DNA of 60,868 bases from Carnobacterium sp. GTDB lineage: Bacteria > Bacillota > Bacilli > Lactobacillales > Carnobacteriaceae. Shown piece by piece: positions 30,160-40,850 of the stretch; position 1 is the first letter of the stretch, and every line of letters starts with the position of its first letter. Made by a program: the position numbers and the translations under genes. The stretch lies in assembly GCA_036639135.1 (NCBI GenBank), contig JAVWJE010000001.1, positions 1 to 60,868 on the forward strand, given 5' to 3'. A model generated the notes under the pieces. It ran no database searches, was not told where the DNA came from, and was given only the letters and a program-made list of their open reading frames with translations.

Positions 30160-31083
30160 TTAATATTTTCGAAGCAATAAACGGTCAATATAATGGTTTC
30201 CACTTTTATGCAAAATTAAATCTGCCCGATTTCGAGTTGGCATGATAAATTCAGTTAAGTTTTTTAAGTTTACTTTTTCCCAAATTCCTCGAGCCATTAC
30301 AAAGGCATCTCCTCGATTGCCCTGAGCATACGGATAATAGTAGTTGCTTGGATCTGTAAATGCCGTATCTAATAATGTACTAAATCGTTCTAAGTACCAT
30401 TTTTCAATTTGAATAGGTTCAGCATCTACATAGATTGAGAAATCAAAAAAGTCGCTGATATAAATTTGTTCGTTTGCTGGCAACTGAAGAATGTTGATGC
30501 CTTCTACTATTAGAATATCTGGTTGATTTAATATATGAAATTCATTTTCAACAATATCATAGATTTGGTGTGAGTAAACAGGAGAAACAACCTCTTCTTT
30601 TCCGTTTTTTACATCTCCTAAAAAAGCAATCAAGCGTGCCATGTCATAACTTTCCGGAAAGCCTTTACGATCCAACAAATTTTCTTTACGTAATATCTTA
30701 TTGGGATAAAGGAACCCATCCGTAGTAATCATATCAACTGTTTTATCCTTATAAACTCGCGAAAGAAGTGTTTGTAATAAACGCGCAACGGTACTCTTTC
30801 CGACAGCAACACTTCCTGCTATCCCAATGATATAAGGTTTTTGAACAATTTCTTTACCTAAGAAAGCATTCTTTTTTGCTTGTAAGTGCTCATATTGATG
30901 GATATAAACATCTAGTAATTGAATGATTGGTACGTATACTTCTTCCACATCCAGTAGGGAAATACGGTCATTTAAACCCGTTAATTCTTTTAATTCTTGA
31001 TGGCTCAATGGAGCAGCAGTATTTTTATTTAATTCTTTCCATTCATCTCGTTCGATAATATGAAATGTTGCTGATTCTTTCAT
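30160..31083 (-). CDS. coaA: Type I pantothenate kinase
   Basis: GSVAVGKS P-loop, TTDGF, RKGFPESYD. Confidence 0.96.
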   Translation of the reverse strand: MKESATFHIIERDEWKELNKNTAAPLSHQELKELTGLNDRISLLDVEEVYVPIIQLLDVYIHQYEHLQAKKNAFLGKEIVQKPYIIGIAGSVAVGKSTVARLLQTLLSRVYKDKTVDMITTDGFLYPNKILRKENLLDRKGFPESYDMARLIAFLGDVKNGKEEVVSPVYSHQIYDIVENEFHILNQPDILIVEGINILQLPANEQIYISDFFDFSIYVDAEPIQIEKWYLERFSTLLDTAFTDPSNYYYPYAQGNRGDAFVMARGIWEKVNLKNLTEFIMPTRNRADLILHKSGNHYIDRLLLRKY

Positions 31084-31309
31084 ACAGCGGCCCTCCATGT
31101 TCTTTTAAACTTCTGTATGATTATAACAAATAAAGTGTCCGATTTGTAGCTCTTACATAAATGCGTTTAATTAACCTTGTTATCTTAAAAAAAACTTAAC
31201 TAGTCAAATGCAACTAATTTAGTGTAGTATGAGATTATTAGGTATATACTATTTATTCTCTTTTTATTGTTTCAATACCTTTTTTATTACTATTAATAGG
31301 AGGATTAGT

Positions 31310-31588
31310 ATGGAGGAAAGCAAAAAAAAATTAGTCGAAATTTGGGGAGATGTTGTAGCTATTCGGAGTTTAGTTTTAGCTATTTTATTTTCAAGTTTCT
31401 CAACAATGGGAGCCTTTTTCTTAGCACCTGTTGATGATAGGAGTAAGCAACTTTTCTTTGGATTAGCCGGTGCTTTAATCGGTTTTGTTCTTTCTAGTAT
31501 TTTTATTAAACCAAAGCGCATTATTATAAAACCAAACGCAAATGACGAACAAAATAAAGAAAGCTCTAAACAAGAGGTGATTAAATAG
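31310..31588 (+). CDS. Small two-TM membrane protein (92 aa)
   Basis: AGGAGG RBS then ATG at 31310; two hydrophobic helices; TAG overlaps the GTG of the next gene. Confidence 0.75.
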   Translation: MEESKKKLVEIWGDVVAIRSLVLAILFSSFSTMGAFFLAPVDDRSKQLFFGLAGALIGFVLSSIFIKPKRIIIKPNANDEQNKESSKQEVIK

Positions 31589-32946
31589 TGGACGCTTTTT
31601 TATTATTCCAAATGGTTTTTGCTTCCTTATCAGCCTTTCTATTGTATACTTTTATTGGCTTTATTCCCGGAACAGATGAAACATCGGTGCTCGTCCCCGT
31701 ATCATTAGCGCTTGTTTTAGCAGGGACACCACCTATCATTATTTTAACTTTTTTTATTTCAGCTATTGTAACTTTAAATTTAACCAATGCTATGCCAACT
31801 GCTTTAGTTGGTTTACCAGGTGGTGTTTTATCTAGTCCAATGATTGAACATGCTCTTTTCTTGAAAAATAAAGGCATGTCTGCTCTAACCATTAAGAAAA
31901 TGGCGGCTGGTTCATTAATTGGAACAGTCATTTCTATTCCAATTTCACTTATCGTGGCTAATTTATTGGCGCCTTATGGCACTATTATTCAACCATATGC
32001 TCCACTATTGTTCGTTATCGGAGCTATCTTTTTGTCTTTAATCGGAAAAAATAAATGGTTAGCTTTATTAAGCATCATTCCTTTAGCTTTGTTATTTCAA
32101 AGTTTACGTTACCTCTATTGGGGTATGGAAGTTGTTCCTAAAGATACAAATATCACGACCTCTTTCTTTTTGGGTATCACTATCGGTCCTTTAATTATTT
32201 CTATGTTTTCTTTATTAACTAAAGAAGGACAAAAAAGCATGTTAACTGATCAGCCAAAACTTATTACCCTTTCTAAAAAAACGAGTGGAAAACAAACGTT
32301 AAATCCATTTAAAATTCTAACAAAATCAGAACTAAAGTCTGCTTCCTTTGCAGCTCTAGTTTCCAACTTTTTCTTTGTGCTAAGCCCAGTTGGTTTAATT
32401 ATTTTATTCGGTGGAGCTGTCGGAAACCGTAAAAAAGATTTAGTTGAAAAAGCAACAACTAGTATTACAACGATGAGTGCTTTAGCTCAATCTACTTATT
32501 TATCAGGTATTATTATTCCGTTAATTGCTTTAGGTATTCCATTATCTCCGACCTCTATTGGCCCAGGAAATGCTTTATTCAATGCTCCACCCGTTTTCAC
32601 CGTTGACAATAATTTGCATCACATATTAAGTAGAAGTGAATTTGTTTGGGCTATTTTAGTTGGCGCTTTGATCGCAAGTGGTCTGTCTTATCTAGTTATT
32701 AATCGTTACGCCGAAGTAATTTCTCGTTTTGTTTTGACTAAAATACCTCACGAAGCTGTCCTTGGACTATTCATTTCATTTATTTTATTATTAGCTTATA
32801 TGGATGCGGGTCTAATCAATATTTTCGGTGTTTTATTAATTGGGATTGTTTGTGGCTCATTGAATAAAATGGGCGTCAATTACGGCATTCAATTTATGAC
32901 ATTGTACGCTGCACCTTGGATTATTGAAAAACTAGCCAACTTATAA
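31588..32946 (+). CDS. TctA-like (tripartite tricarboxylate transporter) permease
   Basis: GFIPGTDET (GxxPG) and GLPG motifs, second-half LGIPLSP, about 12 hydrophobic segments. Confidence 0.75.
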   Translation: MDAFLLFQMVFASLSAFLLYTFIGFIPGTDETSVLVPVSLALVLAGTPPIIILTFFISAIVTLNLTNAMPTALVGLPGGVLSSPMIEHALFLKNKGMSALTIKKMAAGSLIGTVISIPISLIVANLLAPYGTIIQPYAPLLFVIGAIFLSLIGKNKWLALLSIIPLALLFQSLRYLYWGMEVVPKDTNITTSFFLGITIGPLIISMFSLLTKEGQKSMLTDQPKLITLSKKTSGKQTLNPFKILTKSELKSASFAALVSNFFFVLSPVGLIILFGGAVGNRKKDLVEKATTSITTMSALAQSTYLSGIIIPLIALGIPLSPTSIGPGNALFNAPPVFTVDNNLHHILSRSEFVWAILVGALIASGLSYLVINRYAEVISRFVLTKIPHEAVLGLFISFILLLAYMDAGLINIFGVLLIGIVCGSLNKMGVNYGIQFMTLYAAPWIIEKLANL

Positions 32947-32973
32947 ATAAAACTATTAAAAAGGAGGTCTCTT

Positions 32974-33906
32974 ATGAGAGCAACCGGTATATCAAATGGA
33001 AAAATTATTCTAATGGGAGAACATTCCGTCGTCTATGGTGAACCTGCCATCGCTATCCCGTTTCTTGCTACTGCAATTGAAGCTGTGATTGAAACAACAA
33101 ATGGACCTGTCACGATTGATTGTTTTTTTTATAAAGGGAAACTAACTAAAGCACCAACACGTTTATTAAATTTGGTTACTGTCATTATTGAAACCGTAAA
33201 AAAATTAAATAAACCCCTAGAAAACTTTGACATTACTATTACAAGTACCATCCCTGCTGAAAGAGGAATGGGTTCTAGTGCGGCTGTTGCAGTAGCAACC
33301 ATTCGTGCTTTGTTTCATTATTTTAATGAGTCTTTATCAAATGATGTCCTATTAGAATTAACCAATATATCTGAAACAATCGCTCATGGAAATCCAAGTG
33401 GTTTGGATGCTGCCATGACTAGTAGCAATTCCCCTCTATATTATGTTAAAGGTCAAAAATTCGAATTGTTCCCACTTAAAGTTACAGCTTACATAGTCGT
33501 AGCCGATACTGGTATAACCGGACAAACAAAAGAAGCTGTCGAAAACATCGCACAATTGTATCAATCTGCTCCTGAAAAAACAGATAACTCAATCAAGCAA
33601 TTAGGTCAGTTAACTAAACGGGCTAAAGTAGCTATTGAACAAGATCAAGCAATCGAATTGGGAACTTGTATGACTCAAGCACATAAAATACTTGATTCTT
33701 TAGGTGTCAGCAATCCGGAGTTAAACCGACTTGTTCAGACTGCATTAGACTCAGATGCTATAGGTGCAAAATTAACAGGTGGTGGCCGTGGTGGTTGCAT
33801 GATTGCTTTAGCAAAAAGTAAATCAGCTGCCAACCAGTTAGCTGAAGCCTTGATAAAAGTTGGAGCTCAGCATACATGGATTTATAACATGAGAAAGGAT
33901 GAATAA
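32974..33906 (+). CDS. mvk: Mevalonate kinase
   Basis: KIILMGEHSVVYG, PAERGMGSSAA, HGNPSGLD, KLTGGGRGG. Confidence 0.95.
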   Translation: MRATGISNGKIILMGEHSVVYGEPAIAIPFLATAIEAVIETTNGPVTIDCFFYKGKLTKAPTRLLNLVTVIIETVKKLNKPLENFDITITSTIPAERGMGSSAAVAVATIRALFHYFNESLSNDVLLELTNISETIAHGNPSGLDAAMTSSNSPLYYVKGQKFELFPLKVTAYIVVADTGITGQTKEAVENIAQLYQSAPEKTDNSIKQLGQLTKRAKVAIEQDQAIELGTCMTQAHKILDSLGVSNPELNRLVQTALDSDAIGAKLTGGGRGGCMIALAKSKSAANQLAEALIKVGAQHTWIYNMRKDE

Positions 33907-34882
33907 GATGCCTGAAAAAATAGTACGAGCACATACAAATATTGCTCTGATAAAATACTGGGGTAAACGAGATGAAGCTCTTATTTTACCAGCTAGTAGT
34001 AGCCTTTCTTTAACCTTAGATGCTTTTTATACGGATACTTCCGTTACATTTGATACGGCTTTTCAAAAAGATACTTTCTACTTAAACACTATCTTACAAA
34101 ATGAAAAAGCCACTAACAAAGTGAGTCGCTTTTTAGATTTATTTAGAGAATCGGCAGGTATTACTTCACCTGCACTCATTAAAAGTACAAACTTTGTTCC
34201 TACAGCAGCTGGATTAGCTTCTTCTGCATCTGGAATGGCCGCTTTAGCGGGTGCAGCTAACTTAGCTTGCAACCTTCAATTAACTCAACGTGAATTGTCT
34301 CTGTTTGCCCGTAGAGGGTCAGGATCAGCTACTCGTAGTATCTACGGAGGGTTTGTTGAGTGGCAGATGGGTACTTCTTCAGAAGATTCTTACGCTGTTC
34401 CGATTGATGACGCTAATTGGGACATTGGGATGCTAGTCATTGTTGTTAATAGCCGCAAAAAAGAAATGTCCAGTCGTGAAGGAATGAAAAATACCGTAGA
34501 GTCTTCTCCTTTTTATCTAGGTTGGTTAGAAAGCACTGCTAAAGATTTAATTGATATAAAAAAGGCCATTCATTTACGTGATTTCCAAAAAATGGGAGAA
34601 ATTACCGAGAGTAATGGAATGAAAATGCATGGAACAATGCTAGGTGCTAACCCTCCTCTTTCTTATTGGGAACCCGATAGCGTGGTTGCCATGCAAGTAG
34701 TCCGTCAATTACGTCAAGAAGGTATTCCTTGTTACTTTACAATGGATGCTGGTCCTAATGTGAAAGTTCTTTGTCGCTTAACAGATAGCGAAAAAATAAA
34801 AGCACGCTTTGCAGAACGATTTAAATCGGAACAGTTAATCCTTGCTAGGCCCGGTGAAGGTCTTAAGATTCTGTCAAATTAG
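33899..34882 (+). CDS. mvaD: Diphosphomevalonate decarboxylase
   Basis: NIALIKYWGK, AGLASSASG, GSGSATRS, TMDAGPNVK. Confidence 0.96.
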   Translation: MNKMPEKIVRAHTNIALIKYWGKRDEALILPASSSLSLTLDAFYTDTSVTFDTAFQKDTFYLNTILQNEKATNKVSRFLDLFRESAGITSPALIKSTNFVPTAAGLASSASGMAALAGAANLACNLQLTQRELSLFARRGSGSATRSIYGGFVEWQMGTSSEDSYAVPIDDANWDIGMLVIVVNSRKKEMSSREGMKNTVESSPFYLGWLESTAKDLIDIKKAIHLRDFQKMGEITESNGMKMHGTMLGANPPLSYWEPDSVVAMQVVRQLRQEGIPCYFTMDAGPNVKVLCRLTDSEKIKARFAERFKSEQLILARPGEGLKILSN

Positions 34883-34917
34883 AGATCAGGATTGAATCTC
34901 AAAGGAGGAAATAGTAA

Positions 34918-35994
34918 ATGATAGAAGTTTCAGCACCTGGCAAGCTTTATATTGCGGGTGAATACGCAGTAGTCGAACCTGGTCACCCAGCTATTATTGT
35001 TGCGGTTGATCAATTTATTACTGTATCCCTTGAACAAACAAAAAACGTTGGCAGCATCACTTCTTTTCAATATGGAAATTTACCTATTTTATGGAAAAGA
35101 AACAACGATCAATTAATTTTAGATAAACGCGAAAACCCTTTTCATTACATTTTAGCCGCTATTACATTAACGGAGAAATACGCTAAAGAACTAAATAAAG
35201 AACTTTCCTTTTTTAGTTTGACTATTGATAGTGAGTTAGACAGTTCCAATGGTCGCAAGTACGGACTAGGTTCTAGTGCAGCTGTTACCGTTGCTACGGT
35301 TAAAGCGTTGTGTCAATTTTACGAATTAGAAGACACAGATGAATTGGTGTTTAAGCTTGCCGCTTTAGCTCACCTTTCAGTTAAAAGCAATGGTTCTTGT
35401 GGCGATGTTGCAGCTAGTGTTTATGGCGGGTGGATAGCTTTTACTACTTTTGATAGTACATGGGTTACTGCTCAACAAGATTAAAAAGGGTATTCTATTA
35501 AAACGTTAATTGACAAAAACTGGCCCTCTCTTTCTATTACGCCTTTAACTCCACCTTGTGACTTACGCTTGGTTATTGGTTGGACAGGTTCCCCCGCATC
35601 TACTTCAGATTTAGTAGATGAAGTAACGAGTCAAAGAAGTCGAGATCAAAATGCCTATGAACAGTTTTTAAAAGACAGCAAACAATGTGTTAACAAAATG
35701 ATTCAAGGATTCAAAGAAAACGATATCCAAATTATTCAACAGCAAATTAGAAAAAATCGTGAACTGTTAGTTAAAATGAGTCATAATACTGGCGTGGTCA
35801 TTGAAACTTCTGCTTTAACTCAATTGTGTAACGTTGCTGAAAAGTATCATGGTGCAGCTAAATCTTCTGGGGCAGGTGGAGGTGATTGTGGGATTGTCTT
35901 ATTTAACCGCAGAGAAGGCCTATTGCCTTTGATGACTGCTTGGGAAAATGAAGGCATCACAAACTTACCGTTACATGTCTACAACAATAAATAA
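34918..35994 (+). pseudogene. mvaK2: Phosphomevalonate kinase interrupted by one in-frame TAA at 35482-35484 (nonsense mutation or sequencing error)
   Basis: APGKLYIAGEYAV and KYGLGSSAA before the stop; same frame continues KGYSIKTLIDKNWP...LVIGWTGSPAST...KSSGAGGGDCG. Confidence 0.8.
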
Positions 35995-36012
35995 CTCGTT
36001 AATAAAGAAAGG

Positions 36013-37089
36013 ATGATCCTCATTAATTCTGCAAATAACAGAAAAAACGAGCATGTTTCGTTAGCTATGAACTTTTTTGAAGAGTCTCCCCAATCTGATT
36101 TTGATGCACTTCATTATGTTCATCATTCTTTCCCACAAATGTCTGTTGAAGACGTTGATCTTTCAACCTCTTTTGCTACATTTCAGCTAGATTACCCTTT
36201 TTACATCAATGCCATGACCGGCGGTAGCGACTGGACAAAAAAAATCAATAATAAACTAGCTATCGTTGCTCACGAAACTGGGATTGCTATGTCTACGGGA
36301 TCAGTTAGTGCAGCCTTAAAAAATCCTACAGTTAAAGATAGTTTCACCATTATAAGAGAAGCTAACCCATCTGGTCTCGTGTTTGCAAATTTAGGAACAG
36401 GTCAAACCGTTGAGAACGCGAAGAAAGCTGTCTCTTTGATGAATGCTGATGCTTTGCAAATTCATATTAATGCTCCACAAGAGCTAATCATGCCTGAAGG
36501 TGATCGAGACTTTTCTAATTGGTTAGATCAATTAGCTGCTATTGCTTCTGCATTAGATGTACCTGTTATAGCAAAAGAAGTTGGCTTTGGTATGAGTCGT
36601 GAAACAATCGAGTTGATTTTATCTGCTGGAGTAAAGACCATTGATATTAGTGGAAAAGGTGGAACAAACTTTGCCCAAATTGAAAACTATCGTCGCAAAA
36701 CAAATAAAATAGGCTATTTAGAAAATTGGGGCCAATCTACAGTTATTTCCTTATTAGAGGCTCAAGATTTCTTAACAACTGCAGACATATTAGCTTCTGG
36801 CGGGATTCGCCACCCGTTAGACATTATAAAAGCTCTTTCTTTAGGATCTAAAGCCGTTGGTATCTCTTCTTTAATTTTAAATATGATTATTAATAACAGT
36901 GTTGATGAAACAATCAGTCAAATCAATGATTGGAAAGAAAACTTAAAGTCTATTATGACAATGTTAGGTAAAAAAACGATTCAAGACTTACAGCAAACAG
37001 ATTTAATTCTTACAGGAGAAGCAAAAGAATGGTGTCTAGCACGTGGAATAGATTACACTCGATTGGCTATTCGTTCTACTGTTAGGTAA
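36013..37089 (+). CDS. fni: Type 2 isopentenyl-diphosphate isomerase
   Basis: RKNEH, INAMTGG, QELIMPEGDR, KEVGFG, GGTNF, ASGGIR. Confidence 0.95.
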   Translation: MILINSANNRKNEHVSLAMNFFEESPQSDFDALHYVHHSFPQMSVEDVDLSTSFATFQLDYPFYINAMTGGSDWTKKINNKLAIVAHETGIAMSTGSVSAALKNPTVKDSFTIIREANPSGLVFANLGTGQTVENAKKAVSLMNADALQIHINAPQELIMPEGDRDFSNWLDQLAAIASALDVPVIAKEVGFGMSRETIELILSAGVKTIDISGKGGTNFAQIENYRRKTNKIGYLENWGQSTVISLLEAQDFLTTADILASGGIRHPLDIIKALSLGSKAVGISSLILNMIINNSVDETISQINDWKENLKSIMTMLGKKTIQDLQQTDLILTGEAKEWCLARGIDYTRLAIRSTVR

Positions 37090-37197
37090 GTCTCAAGAAC
37101 TTGATACAATGATTTCATGCATTGTATCTTTTTTTAGCTTCATTATTTTTTAAAGCCATAAATAAAAATACACACCCTAAAGAAATGAGGTCCATTT

Positions 37198-38199
37198 ATG
37201 AAATCTTTCCCAGCTTTTATTGCTAAAGAAGAAAATAATAAAATTGTCTCTACTATTCAACTCATTCAAAAAGAAGATTTACCTGTAGGTGATGTCTTAA
37301 TCGAAGTTCATTATTCTGGTGTCAACTACAAAGATGCCTTAGCAGCAAAATTGAATAGCGGTGTTGTTAGGCAATACCCTCTTACTTTGGGTATCGACTT
37401 AAGTGGCATCATAGTCGAATCAGCTGTATCTGAATTTGAAGTAGGCGATCCTGTTATTGTCACTGGTTACAAATTAGGAGTAGCACATGACGGCGGGTAT
37501 AGCCAATACGCTCGAGTTCCGAGCGAATGGGTTATTCCTTTACCAGATGGTTTAACTTTAAAAGAAGCCATGATTATTGGAACTGCAGGATTTACAGCTG
37601 CCCAATCTATTTGTGCTTTAGAAACTGCTGGGCTTCGTCCCAAACAAGGGCCCGTTTTAGTTACTGGATCGACCGGTGGTTTAGGAAGCATGGCTATTGC
37701 TATGTTAAGTAGACTAGGTTATTCTATTGAGGCCGTTTCTCGTAAAAAAGCGCAATCAGCAGACTATTTGCAAAAACTGGGTGCTCAAACCATTTTATCT
37801 CTCGAGGATATTCAGTTAGCTAAAGCCAAACCGTTAGCCAAACCACGTTGGTCCGCTATTGTGGATCCCGTTGGTGGTCCTCAATTAGCATCTCTGCTAG
37901 CTCAGTTACACTATAATGGTGCGATTGCATTGAGCGGAAATGCTGGTGGCGCTCATTTTGAAACAACCGTTTTGCCTTTCATTTTGCGAGGTGTAAAGTT
38001 AATCGGGATTGATTCTGTTGAATGCCCTAGCGATTTAAGAAAACAATTATGGCAACGACTAGCCACTGATATGAAGCCTAATCATTTAGAAGATATGGTT
38101 GATCAACAAATTAATTTAGCAAACTTGACACTTGTTTTTTCTAAAATTTTAGCTGGCGAAATGCAGGGTCGAACTTTAGTAAAAATAAAAGAACTCTAA
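37198..38199 (+). CDS. YhdH/YhfP-family NADPH oxidoreductase (acryloyl-CoA reductase-like)
   Basis: YSGVNYKDALA, GTAGFTAA, LPFILRGVKLIGIDSV. Confidence 0.88.
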   Translation: MKSFPAFIAKEENNKIVSTIQLIQKEDLPVGDVLIEVHYSGVNYKDALAAKLNSGVVRQYPLTLGIDLSGIIVESAVSEFEVGDPVIVTGYKLGVAHDGGYSQYARVPSEWVIPLPDGLTLKEAMIIGTAGFTAAQSICALETAGLRPKQGPVLVTGSTGGLGSMAIAMLSRLGYSIEAVSRKKAQSADYLQKLGAQTILSLEDIQLAKAKPLAKPRWSAIVDPVGGPQLASLLAQLHYNGAIALSGNAGGAHFETTVLPFILRGVKLIGIDSVECPSDLRKQLWQRLATDMKPNHLEDMVDQQINLANLTLVFSKILAGEMQGRTLVKIKEL

Positions 38200-38258
38200 A
38201 AGAAACTATTTAAACCAAATCATTTCACACATATACTGATGTTTCCTATTTTGGAGAC

Positions 38259-38296
38259 ATAAAGAAGCTAGGACAATAAATGCCTAGCTTCTTTAT
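38259..38296. terminator. Bidirectional terminator-like hairpin
   Basis: ATAAAGAAGCTAGG-acaataaatg-CCTAGCTTCTTTAT between convergent genes. Confidence 0.7.
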
Positions 38297-38330
38297 CTTT
38301 ATTCTATTAAACAATTGGCTTCTTTTCTAG

Positions 38331-39158
38331 TTAGCTTATCAGCTCTTGAAAAAGATTTTTTTTGTTTTCTTCTTTTTTAGGTTTTAACATCACCCAATTT
38401 TTAGTTGTATCTTGATAACCGATACGGTGATATACACTTCCGGCTGCAGGATTATTATAAAATAGACACGCTTTTTTATTTTTTTCTAAACAATATTGAG
38501 TAAGAGCAGCTGTTATTGTTGTGGCATAACCGTTTGACTCTTCTGCTTTTATCGTGCCTATGCGAGTAATCATTGCAGCTGTTGAACTTTCTGCTGACAA
38601 CCTACCTGAAGAAATGATTTCGTTCTTTTCATTTTTAATTATTTTTATCATAACATCTTGATTATCTAACAGTTCAGATAATACCAATTCTGATTCTGAT
38701 ACCGTTTCAAAACATTCTTTTTGCCAAGCAAAATAAGCTGGGATACTAGACTTATCTAACTCTTCTACACGGTTCATAGATTGAGGGTATTCTAGTAATT
38801 TTTCGCAGACAGAAATAATGGTATCGCTTCTATCTAAATTTGGAAAATGGTCAACATACTGATTAACAGCTTCTTTTCCACCACTGATTACTTTTATTTC
38901 ATTGAGACTTTGTAGTAAAGGTAAGAATGTATCAAGCCCAGAAAAATCTTCCCCGTGAACCGGTATAGCAATATCTTTGTACCGTAATAATATTCCTTCA
39001 ATTTCATCGATTTCATTTGTATACGCCCAAACATCTTGATCTAAAGAATCAAATCCGAATCTTTCTATATCTGCAATAACAAACAGATTTGTTAATTGGT
39101 CTACCTTTAAAAAATCAAGGATTAAGTCTTTATGGGTATCAGCACATTTATATATCAA
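38331..39158 (-). CDS. GNAT-family acetyltransferase
   Basis: NLFVIADIE N-terminus; CLFYNNPAAGSVYHRIGY C-terminal GNAT motif. Confidence 0.82.
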   Translation of the reverse strand: MIYKCADTHKDLILDFLKVDQLTNLFVIADIERFGFDSLDQDVWAYTNEIDEIEGILLRYKDIAIPVHGEDFSGLDTFLPLLQSLNEIKVISGGKEAVNQYVDHFPNLDRSDTIISVCEKLLEYPQSMNRVEELDKSSIPAYFAWQKECFETVSESELVLSELLDNQDVMIKIIKNEKNEIISSGRLSAESSTAAMITRIGTIKAEESNGYATTITAALTQYCLEKNKKACLFYNNPAAGSVYHRIGYQDTTKNWVMLKPKKEENKKNLFQELIS

Positions 39159-39182
39159 GATTGTTCCTCCTAATGGAATCTT

Positions 39183-39731
39183 TTACTCGTTTTTTTCATC
39201 TTCCCAAGCTGCTGAATAAGAAATAACATTTGCAAATTGTTCATTAAATTCGCGGTTTAAAAGACGCTTTTGATGACGTTTTTCGTATCCGCTACAGACT
39301 AATTTTTCTTCTTTCGTTGTAGGCTCGATTAATGGAACTACAACAGTCGGGTTTGATTCGCTTTTCATAGAAACAAATGTACTAAAACTTGTTGCAGCAA
39401 GATAACGTTCACCAGTCATCAAGTCTTCCCCCATAATTTTACAAAAAACTTCCATAGAAGAGTTTCCTACACCAGATACGTAACTTTCAATACACACAGA
39501 ATGATTGCTTGGTAATGGGTGCAAAAAATCTAACGAATCAATTGATGCTGTTACCGTTATACCTCTTGAGTGACGCGCAGCTGAAATAGAAGCCGTATTA
39601 TCGATCCAACTCATAAGATTTCCGCCAAATAAAGTCTGGTGATGATTTAAATCAAATGGCAATACACGATGTGTTTGAACCACTTTTGTTTCACTGCATT
39701 TTTTTATAGTACGATTCTTTAATTTTGACAT
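39183..39731 (-). CDS. Acyl-CoA thioesterase (hotdog fold)
   Basis: NHHQTLFGG, VTASID, GNSSMEV. Confidence 0.9.
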   Translation of the reverse strand: MSKLKNRTIKKCSETKVVQTHRVLPFDLNHHQTLFGGNLMSWIDNTASISAARHSRGITVTASIDSLDFLHPLPSNHSVCIESYVSGVGNSSMEVFCKIMGEDLMTGERYLAATSFSTFVSMKSESNPTVVVPLIEPTTKEEKLVCSGYEKRHQKRLLNREFNEQFANVISYSAAWEDEKNE

Positions 39732-39821
39732 GTCTTTCCTCCAAAAAAATAGTTTAGTTAGGTTACATTCCATTCTTTTTTATTATAGCATGTTTTTTTA
39801 GAAGTGAGACCTACAGAGATT

Positions 39822-40145
39822 TCAACTTAAATAAATGAATAATGAAAGACTACAAACACCGGCTACCATTGACCAAAATAAACTTTTAGTATAATAAGCA
39901 ATAGCAGCTGTGATAACTGAGGGTATTAACTTTAAATTGATTAATGGATTTGCATTTAAGTTTCCCGTCCAGAAAAAGATATCAGAAAAAATTAAAGCTG
40001 AAAGAATAGAAACAGGAATAAAGGACATCCACTTTGCAAATTTTTCCGGAATGGTTCGTTTACTTAAAATAAGCATCGGTAACATTCTTGGTAGGTAAGT
40101 CACAATCGCCATACCAAAAATTAAAATCCATGGGTTTAATGTCAT
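39822..40145 (-). CDS. azlD: AzlD-domain membrane protein
   Basis: GMAIVTYLPRMLP; follows AzlC. Confidence 0.82.
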   Translation of the reverse strand: MTLNPWILIFGMAIVTYLPRMLPMLILSKRTIPEKFAKWMSFIPVSILSALIFSDIFFWTGNLNANPLINLKLIPSVITAAIAYYTKSLFWSMVAGVCSLSLFIYLS

Positions 40146-40850
40146 TTACTGTAAAACCCCCTTTGCTTTTTTTTCATCCAAATACTTATCTATCACATAA
40201 CCAAAAAAAGAAGCCAAAATTGCTGCAATAACGAGTGCGATATTATGATGTAAGAGTTCCATTAACACGACTGATAAAATGCCTGCAACTAACCCTACAA
40301 CAATAAATAACTTAGAAATCAGCTGATTAACTAATAAAGCTATAAACATGGCAATCAAAACATAATTCATAATCGTTATATCAATCATCAACGCACTTCC
40401 TATCCATCCTCCAACTACTGTGCTAAGAACCCACGTTAGATAGGCTGACAGATTCGTTGCTAGTGCTTGGTGTGCAGACCACTCATGATTTTGAAATTGA
40501 TTGTAATTTACGGCGTATGCTTCATCTGCCAATGTGTGACTAAACAGTAAAATAAACAGAACCGAACTGTTTTTAAAAAATTTAGATAAACTAGAACTCA
40601 TTAATAAGTGTCTTAAATTCAAGAAAAAAACCATCATAATAATGATGGGTGTTGTAGCACCCATGACAACCATTGAAGCAGCCATAAATTGAGCTGCACC
40701 TGCAAATACAAATAAACTCATTAATAAAATAGCTACAATACTAAAGCCGGAATCATATAAAAGCATGCCACATGCTAAACCTAATGGTATGTACCCTAGC
40801 ATCACTGGAAAAATGATTTTAAACCCGTCTTGCCAATCTTTTCTTTTCAT
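40146..40850 (-). CDS. azlC: AzlC-family branched-chain amino acid exporter
   Basis: PVMLGYIP, VFAGAAQF, NLRH, DEAYA. Confidence 0.88.
   Translation of the reverse strand: MKRKDWQDGFKIIFPVMLGYIPLGLACGMLLYDSGFSIVAILLMSLFVFAGAAQFMAASMVVMGATTPIIIMMVFFLNLRHLLMSSSLSKFFKNSSVLFILLFSHTLADEAYAVNYNQFQNHEWSAHQALATNLSAYLTWVLSTVVGGWIGSALMIDITIMNYVLIAMFIALLVNQLISKLFIVVGLVAGILSVVLMELLHHNIALVIAAILASFFGYVIDKYLDEKKAKGVLQ

Noticed and set aside
30030-30160. Possible purine riboswitch before guaA
   Set aside because: No purine aptamer core or terminator is visible
35569-35994. Independent 141-aa gene
   Set aside because: It is the in-frame C-terminal part of phosphomevalonate kinase; its TTG has no RBS
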